From assembly GCA_014905635.1 (NCBI GenBank), contig JABVCE010000002.1, positions 2,604,001 to 2,668,000 of the forward strand: DNA of 64,000 nt, in the 5' to 3' direction. The notes under the pieces were generated by a model. That model was given only the letters and a program-made list of their open reading frames with translations, did no database searches and had not been told where the DNA came from. Within the stretch, counting starts at the first letter, position 1. Each line of letters begins with the position of its first letter. Below, piece after piece: positions 1-11,303 of this stretch. A program made the position numbers and the translations under genes. This DNA is from Scenedesmus sp. PABB004 (lineage: Eukaryota).

Positions 1-1575
1 CCCTCCGCCACGCTCTGCACCGCGCTGTCCAGGAACGCGGTCGGCGAGCCATAGGGGTCCAGGTCGACCGCGTGGTACAGCTGGATGGACCGACGCCGAG
101 CGCGGGCGAGGGGCACGGTGCGGGCGGCGCGTCGGCTGCCGCGCGTGCCGGCGCGCCGGCGACGCGCGCGGGCGGCGGCCGCTGCGGGGCGCCGCGTGCT
201 GTGGGCGCCACCGCGCGGCGCGGGGCACAGCCCTGCGCGGCTCACCGAGGGGCTCTGCAGCATGAGCAGCCGCGCGTCGGAGCAGGTGGGGTGCACCTTG
301 GCCGCGCGCGGGCCGTTGGCAGCGATGTTGGCGGCCATGCTCTCCACGACAGACGGGTCGACGTCGTTTGCGTCGATGCGCGTCACGCCCTCCAGCTCGA
401 GCGCGTACCGGATCGAGCGCAGCCCCGAGGCGGCCAGGCCCTCCAGCACGCGCAGGCCGGGCTGCGCGCGCGCCGGCGGCGGCGGCGGCGCGCGCAACGG
501 GCAGGCAAGGCGAGGCGGGTGGGGCGCGCGCGGCGACGGGCGGCGCAAGGGCTGCGTGCATTGGGTGGGTGCGTTGCGTGTGCGCGTGCGCTGTGCGCTG
601 TGCATGTGTGTGTGGACCTTGAGTAGGCGCTGGCGGGCAGCGCGGCGCGAGGCCGGCCCGCAGGCCAAAGCAGGTGCAGCTCTGCTGTGCTCAGCCGCGA
701 TATTGTGTCAGCAGGCGGGGGAGCGCCAGTGCACATGCCCAGGGCGGCTGAGGTGGCGCGCGTGCGCGTGGCCTGCGCCCGGCTCGCTGCTCCCAGCTCG
801 CGGCGCGCCGGCGCTGCTGCCGCCGCCCACCTGCGCGTCGTCCTGCTCCGCCTCTGCCGCCGGCTGCGCGCCCGCCGCGGCCTCGTCGCCCCCGCCGCCG
901 GCCTTGCCGCGCGCGCGCTTGCCCTTGGCCGCCCGCTCGCGCGCGTCCTTGGGCAGCTTGATCTTGCCGGCCGCAATCTCGGCAGCAAGCTGCGGCAGGA
1001 AGCGGCGCAGCACCGCGACCGAGAGGTCGCGGTTGTTCACCTGGCGCGGCGGGCGGCGGCCGGCGGGCGGCGGCGGGCGCGGCGCGAGGGTCGTGAGCGC
1101 GGGCGGGCGGGCCAGCCGGCGCGCGCGGCGGGGGTCCGGCGTCGGGCGGCGGCGCGCACCTGCGCCTCGTTGTAAAAGACCTCGTTGCCCTTCTTGTGGA
1201 TGCGCGCCGCGCCCTCGCGCAGCCACTCGCCGTCGTCGCCGCCGTTTGCGGCGGCCGCCGCTGCCGCCGGCGCGCTGCGGGCGTGCGGCGTGGCGCGTGG
1301 GCCGGCGGCGGCGAGCAGCTGCGGTGCGCGGTCTGGGCAGCGTGCCGGTCCGGACGCGGCGGCGGGAGCGGGGCGCGGCGCCCGCGTCGCGCGGGGCGGG
1401 CAGCAGCAGGCGCCGCGATGCCCGGCGGCTCCGCGCACCGTGCGCCGCCGGTCTTGGGCATCGTCGCACTGGTCAGTGCGGCCGCTGCGCCGGCTGTCGG
1501 ACGGGCGAGCAGGCCGCCCAGCAGCGCCTGCAGGGAGCTGGCGAGCGCGCCGACGCGGCCGAGGGCGCAGCGCAT
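1..1575 (-). CDS. TRM1: tRNA (guanine26-N2)-dimethyltransferase; spliced, 3' end runs off the window
   Basis: Spliced exons read NEVFYNEAQ|VNNRDLSVAVL, RVLEGLAASGLRSIRYALE, RIDANDVD and VDLDPYGSPTAFLDSAVQSV, all hallmark Trm1 motifs. In-frame ATGs at 1575 and 1461. GT-AG boundaries keep the frame. Confidence 0.93.
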
Positions 1576-1827
1576 CACCGGCGGCCGGCGCCGGGCGCGG
1601 GGAGAGGGGAGCTGGTCCCCGACGCGCGGCGCGGGCCGCAAGTCCTCCCGCGCTGGTTGTCATTTGCAGTGCCGCAGTGCCGCCGCTCGCGGCGCGCTCG
1701 CGGTCGTGTGCCGCGCGCCAAGATCGCCCGCCAGTGCGCCTGATCTCTTCCTGCACTCCCAGGCACTGACACGCACGCGCCTGGCCGCTGCTGCTGCTGC
1801 TTCCATCGTGCTCGCCTGCCCAGCGCC

Positions 1828-3703
1828 ATGGTGCTCGGCCTGCCCGGCGTGTGGGCGGTGATGGCGGGCCTGGCGAGTGGGAAGCGCGTGGAGAGCCTGG
1901 AGCTGCCGGAGATGCCCAACATGCCGTTCTTGTACTGGCTGGCGGTTGCGGGCGCGCTGTGCAAGCCAAAGTGGACCGACGCCAAGGCCTGGCCGGCCCT
2001 CAAGGTGGGCGGGGAGGCGCGGGACCGCCGCAGCACCTAGCCGCAGGCCGCCGCGGCGGCAGCGGCGCGCGGCGCGGCAGCGGCGCGGACGCAGCAGCGG
2101 CAGCGGCGGTTGGCGCTGCCGCGCGGCCGGCGGCGCCTGCCGACCGCGCCGCACGGCCCGGCTGCGGCAGGTCAGCATGACCACGCCCGTCGCGGCCGAG
2201 CCGAAGCGCCTCGCGGCGTACAAGCGCCTCGCGGGCTGGCCCATGCCGGAGGGGCGCGGCGTGCCGTGCTGCTTCATGATGGCCGAGGCCTTCAAGCTGG
2301 TCATGCAGGTGCGGGGCTCAAGGGTTCAGGGGTTGACAGGCCCAGGGCTTAGCCCCTGAGCGCCGGCGCGGCCCGCGGCGCGACGTGCCCGCCGCGCGGC
2401 GCAGGTGATGACGCTGCCGGCCTTCCCCGTGAGCGTGCTGGGCACGGTGGTCAACAAGCGCGCGCGCTACGCGCTGCTGCGCGCCGTGGCGCCGGGCGAG
2501 GCCCTGCTGTACAGGTGCGCGGCGCGGGGCGGGGCGGCAGCGCCCGGCAACGGGCGTGCGCGGCGCCCCGACCCGCGCTCGCGCCGCGGCGCCGCAGCTG
2601 CTCGCTCAACCCCGCGGTGCGCGAGACGTTCAGCGGGCACAAGGAGTTTGACCTGCTGCTGGAGGCGGTGTCCGAGGACAAGGGTGCGGCGCCGCGGCGG
2701 CAGCGGCGGCTGCAGCGGCAGCGGCAGCGGCAGCGGCAGCGGCAGCGGCAGCGGCAGCGGCGGCAGCCGGCGGGCTGCAGGCTCGGCCGCAGCGGCGGTG
2801 GGCCCCGGCCGGCGCGCAGGGGGCGGCGTGCCGAGCCGCCCACGTGCCGCCGTGCGCTGTGCGCGCAGGCGACGTCGTGTGGCAGGCGGTACTGAGCCTG
2901 GTGCTGATGAAGCCGCGCGGCAAGGGCGGCAAGAAGGCACGCGGCGCGGCGCAGCGCGGGGTGGCTGCGCGTCCCCGCGGCTGGCGGCCGACCGGGGCGC
3001 CGCCGCCGCCGCCGCCGCCGCCGCGCAGGAGGGCGGCGCCAAGCCCGGCGCGGGCGAGAAGCCCGCGGGCGACGCGCCCGCGGCCGACGCGCTGGCGCCG
3101 GTCGACAGCTGGGCGCTGCCCGAGAGCACGGGGCGGAGCTACGCGGCGCTGGACGGCGACATCAGCCCCATGCACCTCTGGAAGGCGACAGCCGCGCTCA
3201 TGGGCTTTCCCGCGCCCGTCGCCAACGTGCACCTGCTCGCCGGCCGCACCGAGGCGAGCCTCGCGACCAAGAAGGGTGCGGCGGCGGCGGCGGCGCGGCG
3301 CGGCGACGATGGTGGCGGCGGCGGCGGCGGCGGCGCGGGCCGCGACCGCGGGCCGCGCCCCCTCCCCTCACGCGCCGCACGCGCGCTGCGCTGCACGCGT
3401 GCAGCCGGCGCGGCCGAGCCGGCCGCGCCGTTCTCGCTCGAGCTGGAGTTCAAGAAGCCCACGCTGCTCCCCAACACGCTCAGCCTCTGCGGCGGCGCGA
3501 GCTGGGCCGCCGCCGCGGCCGCGGGTGCGGGGAGCCCGTGGGCGTCGCGCGGCGCGCGGCGCGCGGCGCGGGGGGCGCGCGTGCTGACGCCTGCCGCCCC
3601 CGCACCGCACGCAGGCGGCTACGCGCTGCGCATCGACGACAAGAAGGCCCGGCCCCTGGCCACCGGCAGCGCGAGCAGCAAGGCCAGCCTCACGCGCTTT
3701 TAG
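1828..3703 (+). CDS. MaoC-like / hydroxyacyl-thioester dehydratase type 2 (double hot-dog fold), 8 exons
   Basis: Spliced product contains VMTLPAFPVSVLGTVV, GDVVWQAV, the hydratase-2 motif YAALDGDISPMHL (D-x4-H) and LEFKKPTLLP. Includes a GC-AG intron at 2937. Confidence 0.75.
2695..2766. repeat. (GGCAGC)n intronic microsatellite
   Basis: About 10 tandem hexamer units visible inside an intron of the dehydratase gene. Confidence 0.9.
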
Positions 3704-4146
3704 GCGAGGGGAGGGGCGCGCCGCGCGGCGTGCCCCGCGCTCGCGGGCGCCGCCGCCCCGCGGCGCCGCGGCGTGGCGTGACTGGCGCGGGACGCCCTGC
3801 CCCGAACGGACGCGCGGGTCGTGAAGAGCGGCGGTGCGTTTACGTGATGACGCGCGGCGCCGCGCCGCCCAAACGCTCCCCCGGCGCCCCGGTCGCCCCA
3901 CAAGCCTCCGCGACGCCCGACGCGCCCGCACGCACGCTCAGCGCCCCGCCCGCCTCCCCGCCCGCACCCCGGCCCGCCCGGCCCGCCCGACCTCTCGCGC
4001 CCGCCCCGCGCCCGCGCCGTCTCGCCGCCACGGCTCGCGGCAAGGTGAGGCTGCCGCGAGCGCCCTGGCGCGCTGCCAGAGCGCCGCCGCCCGCGCGGCG
4101 CGTTGCGCACTTGACGACGTCGCAGCTCCGCGCGCCCGCCTCGCAG

Positions 4147-5001
4147 ATGAAGATGACCAAGGGCCTCACCTGGCCGATGCTGCTGCTCTCGCTGGGCAGC
4201 ATGGTACGCCCGCCGCCCGCGCCGCTCGCGCGCGCAGCGCCGCGGCCGCCGTCGAGCGCCGCGCCCGCCCGCCCGCGCCGCGGCTCGCAAGATTGTGTTC
4301 CTGGCCGGCCTGGCCGGCATGCAGCGCGAGTGCGGTGGCGCAAGCGCCGTGCCCAGCGCCGGCGGGGCGTTCGGTGCGCGCCGCGGGCCACGCGCTGCGC
4401 GCGCTGCAGCGCGCGCAGCGCCGCGCATCGCGCGCAGGGCGCGTCCAGCACCGCACGCCGCACGCCCAGCACCGCGCGCCGCGCGCGCCGAGCGCCGCAC
4501 TCCCGCCGCCCACCGCGCCGCGCCGCCGCCGCCGCCGCCGCAGGCATGTCGGCGCCGTTCACCCAGTGCAGCCACGCGCTGCGCTTCTGGTGGTTTGTCT
4601 TTGCCTTTGTGTTCGCCACGCTGCTCGGCCTCCTGCTCACGACCGCGCTGCGCACGGCGCTGCACTTCAGCCGCCCGTTTTGGATCGGCATGCTCGCGGT
4701 CTGCACGGTGCTCATGATGATGGCCAGCGAGGCCTTCCTCGCCCTGACCGGCGCCACGCTCGGCGGCGGCGCCGCCGCGCCGGGCGGCTGGCTGCACCGC
4801 GTGCGCGCCGCGACGGCGGGCGCGATCGCGGCGGTCGCGAGCCTGGTGCTGCTCATGATGGCGGTCGGCACCGACTGGGAGCACCGCGCGGGCCACGGCC
4901 GCGACGACGACAAGCCCGCGACCGGCTTCGCGGGGCACGGCCAGGGCGCCGCGCCGCTGGCGGTGCCCGCGCAGAACGTGCGCGTCGTCGAGACGGTGTG
5001 A
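4147..5001 (+). CDS. Small four-transmembrane protein resembling the LCI1/Sho1-type TM module; 3 coding exons and a probable 5'UTR intron at 4045-4146
   Basis: Spliced product: MKMTKGLTWPMLLLSLGSM|IVFLAGLAGMQRECG...CSHALRFWWFVFAF...SRPFWIGMLAVCTVLMM...RVRAATAGAIAAVASLVLLMMAVGTD. Four hydrophobic helices. The family assignment is from remembered similarity. Confidence 0.7.
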   Translation: MKMTKGLTWPMLLLSLGSMVRPPPAPLARAAPRPPSSAAPARPRRGSQDCVPGRPGRHAARVRWRKRRAQRRRGVRCAPRATRCARCSARSAAHRAQGASSTARRTPSTARRARRAPHSRRPPRRAAAAAAAGMSAPFTQCSHALRFWWFVFAFVFATLLGLLLTTALRTALHFSRPFWIGMLAVCTVLMMMASEAFLALTGATLGGGAAAPGGWLHRVRAATAGAIAAVASLVLLMMAVGTDWEHRAGHGRDDDKPATGFAGHGQGAAPLAVPAQNVRVVETV

Positions 5002-5417
5002 GACCGCTGCGCGCTGCTGCGTGTGTGCGAGGGTGCGAGCGCGCGCGGCGTGACGTGTGCACTGGCCGCCGGGCGGAGGCGGGGGCTAGGACCCGCGTTG
5101 AGCTGCCGCGGTTGCTGCGCGCGCGTTGACCGGCGGCGGCGGCGCGGCCTGGTGTCAGGCAGGGAGGGAGGTTACTCAGGACACCCGGGTTCACAGCCCT
5201 GCCGCGGGCAGCAGGCGCCACCCCAGCAGCAGGCAGGCAGGCAGGCAGGCAGGCACATAGACACACCGAGACCCACGCGCGCGCGCCGACGCGGCAGCCG
5301 CCGCCGCGCAGCTGGCGCCAAGAACACGCCCCGCCCCGCCCCGACCCGCCCCGGCCCGCGCCGGGCCACGAGGGCGGCGCATTCACACCACAAGCGCAGG
5401 GCCCGCCTTGGCGCCGC

Positions 5418-8265
5418 TCACGGCCGCAGGTCGGGCAGCACGTCCAGCACCGCGCCCAGCATCGCGCCGCCAAAGCGCTTCGCGCGCTCGGGGCCCCACC
5501 CCGGGCCGGCCGGGTCGCCCGCGTCGGCCGCAGTGAGCTTGAATGGCATCTCCAGCGTGACTGCCAGGCAGTCAAAGCGCTGCGCAATCTGCGGCGCGGC
5601 GGCGTCGGCGCGCCGGCGGCGGCCGCGGCGGCGTCGGCGGCGGCAGCTCGGCGGCGGCGGCGGTGTCGGCACGCGACGCGGCGGCGCGCGGCGCGCCTGG
5701 TTGCTGCAGATGCGCATGTCGGCCTGGCCCGGCGCGTCGACCTCGTAGCCCAGCTTGGTCTGGGCGGCGGCGCGCGGCGGCAGGCGGCGGCAGGGCGGAG
5801 GTGGGCCTCGCGGCCGCGCGCCCCCCCTGGCGGCGCAAACGCCGGTGCCAGCGCCGCACCTGAAAGTCTGGGCTCGCGCGGCTGAACGCGGCGCTGAACT
5901 TGGCTTGCAGCTGCGAGGCGCGGCGTGGGCGGTGCAACCTGGGCGCGGCGGCCGGCGGCGGCGCGCGCGGGGGCGCCCCGCGGCGGCGCGGCTCTCCGCA
6001 CCCCGGCGAGGCGGCCGGTCCAGCCGGGGATGCCCTCGGCGCCGGCGATGAAGCAGGCAGGAATCTCCTCGTCGCCTGGGCGAGCAGGCGCAGGCGGGCG
6101 GGCGGGCGGGCAGGACGTCAGGGCACGCCCGCCGCGCAGCCGCGCCTGCACGCGGGGCGCGGCGCGCCTGCGGCGCAGCGCCGCTGCCGCGCGGGCGTCC
6201 CCCCCCCCTCTCACCGTGGACATCCACCAGCATGTCCACGCCTGCGCGGCGGCGCGGCGGGCGGGGCGGCCGGGCGCAGGCGGGTGGCGCCAGCGCCAGC
6301 GGCGGCGGCGGCGCGGCCACGCCACCCCCGCCTGAGGCCGCCCGGCCCGAGGGCGCGCCGCGCCGCTGCTGCCGCCGCCGCTGCCTGCGTGCCAGCTGCT
6401 GTCGCCGCCGCCGCCGCCGCTGCCTGCCTGCCAGCTGCTGCCGCCGCGGCAGGTGCTGCCGCCGCCGCAGGTGCCGCCGCCGCGGCAGGTGCTGCCGCCG
6501 CCGCACCGGTGTCATCCATGAGGCGGCGTATGTGGAAGACCTCGGGCGCCTCGTCCTCGCGCGGCGCGTCCCACGCGCGGTTCAGGTTGACGCCCGCCGC
6601 GTTGGTCCGCAGGTGCCCGCGCCACGTGCCGTCGGGGCACGCGCTGCGCGACGGCGCCGGCGCCGGCGCCGGCGCGGGCAGCGGGGTGAGCGCGCGCGCA
6701 GTCCGGCGCGGCCGGAGGGTTCAAACCGCGCGGCCGCGCCTAAACCGCGCGCGCACTTCGGCACAACGTAGAACACCGCGCCGTCGAGCAGCGCGCGGCT
6801 GACCGCGTCGTGCGGGTCGGTGAGCCGCTCCAGCAGGCCCTCCGCAAACCACTCGCTCTGCGTCTCGCCTGCGGCGGGGCCGCGCGCGGCGCGCGTGGGC
6901 GGCGGCGCGGCGGGCGCGAGGGGGCCCGCGCGGCGGGCGCGCAGCGGGCAGCGTCGAGCGCACGGCTGGCGCCCCTGCTGCTCGCTGCGCGCCTGGATGC
7001 TGGCGCGCGACGATCCACACAACGCGCTTGCCCGGCCCCGGCTCGCCGAGCATGAGGACGTCGAGGTCGTGGCCATCGAGCGTCTCGGCCAGCATCACCA
7101 GCCGCACGCGTGGCCGCGTCTGCGCGGCGTGCAGGCACGCGGACGCGTCGGCGCGCGGGCGCGCGGGCGCGTGGGCCCTGCGCTCCGGCCCGCCGCCCAC
7201 TGCGCCGCGCCCGCGCCCTGCGCCGCCGCGCCCCCGCCCTGCGCCGCCCACGGCCATGCGCCGCGCCCGCGCCTGCATGCGCGACACGAGCAGCATGTGG
7301 CGGTGGAAGTTGTAGACGGGGAAATAGGAGTACCTGATGGAGTCAGCGCCGGGCGTGTGGCGAATCGTGAGCACACCCGTGGCGGCGTCGTAGGCCGTTG
7401 GCACGCGGAACCAGGCGTCGAGGTCGTGGCTCGCGCACGCGGCGTAGCCCTCCCACGCGGCCGGGTAGCTGCAGGCGCCCGCGTTGGTGATGTGGAGAGT
7501 GAGCGGCACGCCGCGCGCGCCGGTGACGCGAAAGTTGAACCACTGCGCGTGAGCAGTCGCGTCGGTCTCGCAGTAGGGGTCCTTGATGATCGCCAGGCGC
7601 ACGTCCCCCGGGTCGGACAGGTCCAGCACCTGTCGACGAGCGGCGCGGCGCAGCGCGCGGCAGCGGCGCGGCGGCGTGGCGGCGGCGCGGCACGCGGCGG
7701 CGGCGCAGGCGCGGCGGCGGCGGCCCAGAGGTGGCGGGGTTTAGGCGGCCCAGAGGTGGCGGGCATGCGGCGGCGGCCCAGAGGTGGCGGCGCGGCGTGC
7801 GGCGGCGGCCCAGGGGCGGCGGCGGCGGGCCAGAATCACCTCGATGTTGCCGCTGTCAAAGTGGGAGTTGACCCCGAGGCCGCCGCTGCCGCGCGCCGCC
7901 GCGCTCGGCGACGCGCTGCCGGCCGCCCACCTGCGGCCGCGGCGGCGGCGGCGGCGGCGGCGCGCGCGCGTGGTCGGCCGCCGTCGCGCGAGCGCGCCGG
8001 CTGGCGCGGCGATCGGCCGCCGCCGCCGCGACCGCCGCGGCGCCGCCGCGCACGCGCACCGCTCCGCGGAGCCCGTCGAGCGCACGGCCACGCCCCGCCG
8101 GCGCGACGAGCTCGCCATGCGCCTGAGCGCTGACGTGGCGGCTGGGCAGCGGTGGGGGCCGCTGTGGGGCTGCTGCAGCGGGGCGGCGACCGCGCGCCGC
8201 TGCTGCTGCTGCACCGCTGCCGCCGCGCCCGCCAGCCACGGACGGCCGCCGCGGAGCAGCGCCAT
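5418..8265 (-). CDS. M14 zinc carboxypeptidase, cytosolic-carboxypeptidase (CCP/M14D) type, with a putative transit peptide
   Basis: Motifs FDSGNIE, QWFNFRV, ARQHP|GE (Zn HxxE), [24 protein letters not shown] (third Zn His) and TLEMPFK (catalytic Glu). N-terminus is Arg/Ser/Ala-rich. Confidence 0.9.
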
Positions 8266-8631
8266 GGCGTGTGGGGTGTGGGGAGAGGAGGAGGCCGGGT
8301 TGTCGGCGGTGCGAACGCGCGGCGGTGGTGGTGGTGGCCACGCGGCAGCTGAGGCGTCGTGGCTCAAGGCATCCTGCACCGTTCAACGCGCGCCGGTGCT
8401 CGCACCGCGGCACTCCCAGTCGGCCCCGACCGCCCACGGCACGCACGCGCACCGCCACGCCGCGCACCGCCACCGCCAGGCTGCTGCAGCAGCGCGCCAG
8501 AGCCCGCCTGCGCGCCGCGCCACGCCCGCGCGTTGCGAGCCAGCCCGTCGCTGGCCAGGGTCGGTCCGGACGCGTAATTGTGCCTGAGCGCGCCAGCGCG
8601 CCAGCGCCCGCGACAGGGCCGGCCGAGCAGC

Positions 8632-10617
8632 ATGCGCTGCCTGCAGAGCCACACGCGCCGGCCGGCGGGGCCCAACGCCCTGTCCGCCGCGCCCTGCGGC
8701 GGCCGCGTACCTCGCAGCGCCTTCGCGCCGCCCGCGGGGCGGGCGCGCGAGGCGCTGCGGGCTCGGGTGCTCGTCAGCCCGGAGGCCGCGCCCGCCAGCC
8801 CGGCGCAGCCCGCCCGGCCGGCCCCCGCGGACCTGCTGGGGCGCATCGCGTCGCCGGTGGTGGAGGACATGGCGACGATGAACCGGAACCTCCGGTCCAT
8901 CGTGGGCGAGCGGCACCCGATGCTCATGGCAGCAGCAGACCAGATTTTCGGCGCGGGCGGCAAGAAGCTGCGGCCCATGATCGTCTTCCTGGTCGCCCGC
9001 GCCACCGCCGAGCTGGCGGGCATGGAGTGCGTGGCCGCCGCGCGGCGCGCGCCGCGGCGCGGCGCGCCGCTGCCGCCACCACACGTTGCCGCGCGGCCGC
9101 GGGCGCGGCGCGGCGCGGCGCGCGCCGCCGCGCCCGGCCGCCCGCGCCGGCCGCGCCCCGGGCACGCGGCGCGCGGCGGCCGCGCCGCCAGCGCAGGCAG
9201 CGCGCCGGCAGCGGCGCGGCGCGACTCGTGCCGCACGCCGCGCGCTGCTCTCGGCTCGCCGACGCCGCCCGTCCCCGCCCTCGCCCCCCCCCTCCCTCCC
9301 CGCGCCGCAGCGAGATCACGGAGCGCCACCGGCGGCTGGCCGAGATCATTGAGATGATCCACACCGCCAGCCTGGTGCACGACGACGTGCTCGACGACTG
9401 CGCTGTGCGCCGCGGTGCGTGTGCTCGCGCGCCCGCCCGCCCGCCCGCGCGCCGGCCTGCTGGCCTGCTCCGCTGCTGCCCCGCTCCCGTGCTGCGGCGG
9501 CCACGGTTGCGCGCCGGCGGTGTGGGGAGCTCACCTGCAGCCCCGCCGCCGCGCTGACTCAGGCAAGGACACGGTCAACACGCTGTATGGCAGCCGCGTC
9601 GCGGTGCTGGTCGGGGACTACCTCTTTGCCCAGGCCTCATGGCTCATCGCCAACCTGGAGAACCTGGAGGTGCGCGCTGGTGGCACGCGCGCCGCGCCTC
9701 GCCGGCCGCGCGGCCGCCCCCGCCCGGCAGCGCGCGCCTCCTGCCCACCCCTCGTCTCCCTGTCCTCCGCCCACCCGCCCCGTCCCTCCCGCCCGCCCAC
9801 CCTCCCTCGCCTCCCTCCCTCACTCTGCCATCAATCAACCACCCCACCACCCACCCAACCAACCACCCAACCACCCAACCAACCACCGCCAGGTCATCAA
9901 GCTCATCTCCAAGGTCATCGCCGACTTTGCCAACGGCGAGATCAGCCAGGCGAGCAGCCTCTTTGACACGGGCGTCAGCCTCGAGGCCTACCTCGACAAG
10001 TCCTTCTACAAGACCGCCAGCCTCATCGCCGCGAGCTGCCGCAGCAGCGCCGCGTTCAGCGGGATGCCGGAGGAGAGCAAGGCAGCGATGTACGACTACG
10101 GCAAGCACCTGGGGCTCGCCTTCCAGGCGCGGAGAGGCGCGGCACCGCCTGGTCGCGCCGCGCTGGCGCGGCGGCGCGGCGTGACGTTGCGCAGCGCACG
10201 CGCGCCCTGCCGCCGCGCCTCACGCGCGCGCCGCTCCCGCCTGCCCCCCGCCTGCCCCACGCCGCCCCGGGCGCCGCGCAGGTGGTGGACGACATCCTCG
10301 ATTTCACGCAGAGCAGCGAGCAGCTGGGCAAGCCGCAGGGGCAGGACCTCGCGAGCGGCAACCTCACCGCGCCGGTCATCTTCGCGCTGCGGTCCAGCCC
10401 CGAGCTGGAGGCGCTGATCCAGAGCGAGTTCACCGAGGACGGGTCGCTGCAGGCGGCGCTCGGGCTGGTGCACGGCGCGGGCGGCATCGAGGCGGCGCGC
10501 GCGCTCGCGGAGGAGCAGGGGCAGCTCGCGCGCGCGGCGCTGCGCGGCCTCGCCGACTGCCCCGCGAAGCGCAGCCTCGAGCTCATGGTCGACTATGTGC
10601 TCGAACGCATCCACTGA
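8632..10617 (+). CDS. SPS: Solanesyl diphosphate synthase (plastid trans-long-chain prenyl-PP synthase), 5 exons
   Basis: Motifs [22 protein letters not shown] (FARM), [38 protein letters not shown] (SARM) and GNLTAP. Transit-peptide-like N-terminus. Confidence 0.95.
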
Positions 10618-11266
10618 CCCCGCCGCCCCCCACGGCCCGCGGCGCGCCCCGCCCCGCCCGCCGGCGCTGCAGGCGCAGCGCCGGCGCGGGCGGGGCGCCG
10701 CGCGCGGCACGGGCGCGGGCGCGGGCTCGGGCGCGGGCGCGTGCGCGGGCGCGGCGCGGCCCAGCCGCGCCGCCCGCCGGGCGGCGGCGTGTGCTGCGTG
10801 CGTGTTGTGTGTTGTGTGTAGGCTGCCTGCTGTCCGGGCGGCTGCAGCCGCAGCCGTCGCTGCATCGCGCGCGCCCGCCGTCTGCCTGCACCGGCGCGCC
10901 GGCGGCGGGCGGGCTTGTCGTTGGTGCTCGGCCGCGCGGCGCCGGCATCCTCAGCGCCGCGCCGCGCGGCGCCCAGGGCGCCAGGAGCTGCAGCAGCAGC
11001 AGTTGGCGTGATGTGTGTGGCCGGCCAGAGGGCGCCGGTGGCGTCCGGCGCACAGAACACAGGCCGGCGTGACGTGCGCCGTTGACGCAGCGCGCCCCGC
11101 GTTTTGCATTTGATCCAACGCGGGCGCACACAGCAGCACCAACTCACACACACACACCGCCGCATGCGTGCGGGCATTCTTTGGCGCCGCGGCCGGCTGC
11201 CGGCTAGGCGGGCGCGTGTGTGCGCGGAGCGCGCTGCGCCGGTGCCGGCGTGCACGGGGAGGCGCG

Positions 11267-11277
11267 TGTAAATTACA
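11267..11277. promoter_or_regulatory. Palindromic TGTAA-A-TTACA: poly(A) signal on both strands
   Basis: TGTAA on + at 11267-11271 and on - at 11277-11273, lying between the convergent SPS and AP2 genes. UGUAA is the chlorophyte near-upstream element. Confidence 0.7.
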
Positions 11278-11303
11278 GAACTCTCGCTTCCTCGCGTGTC
11301 CGC

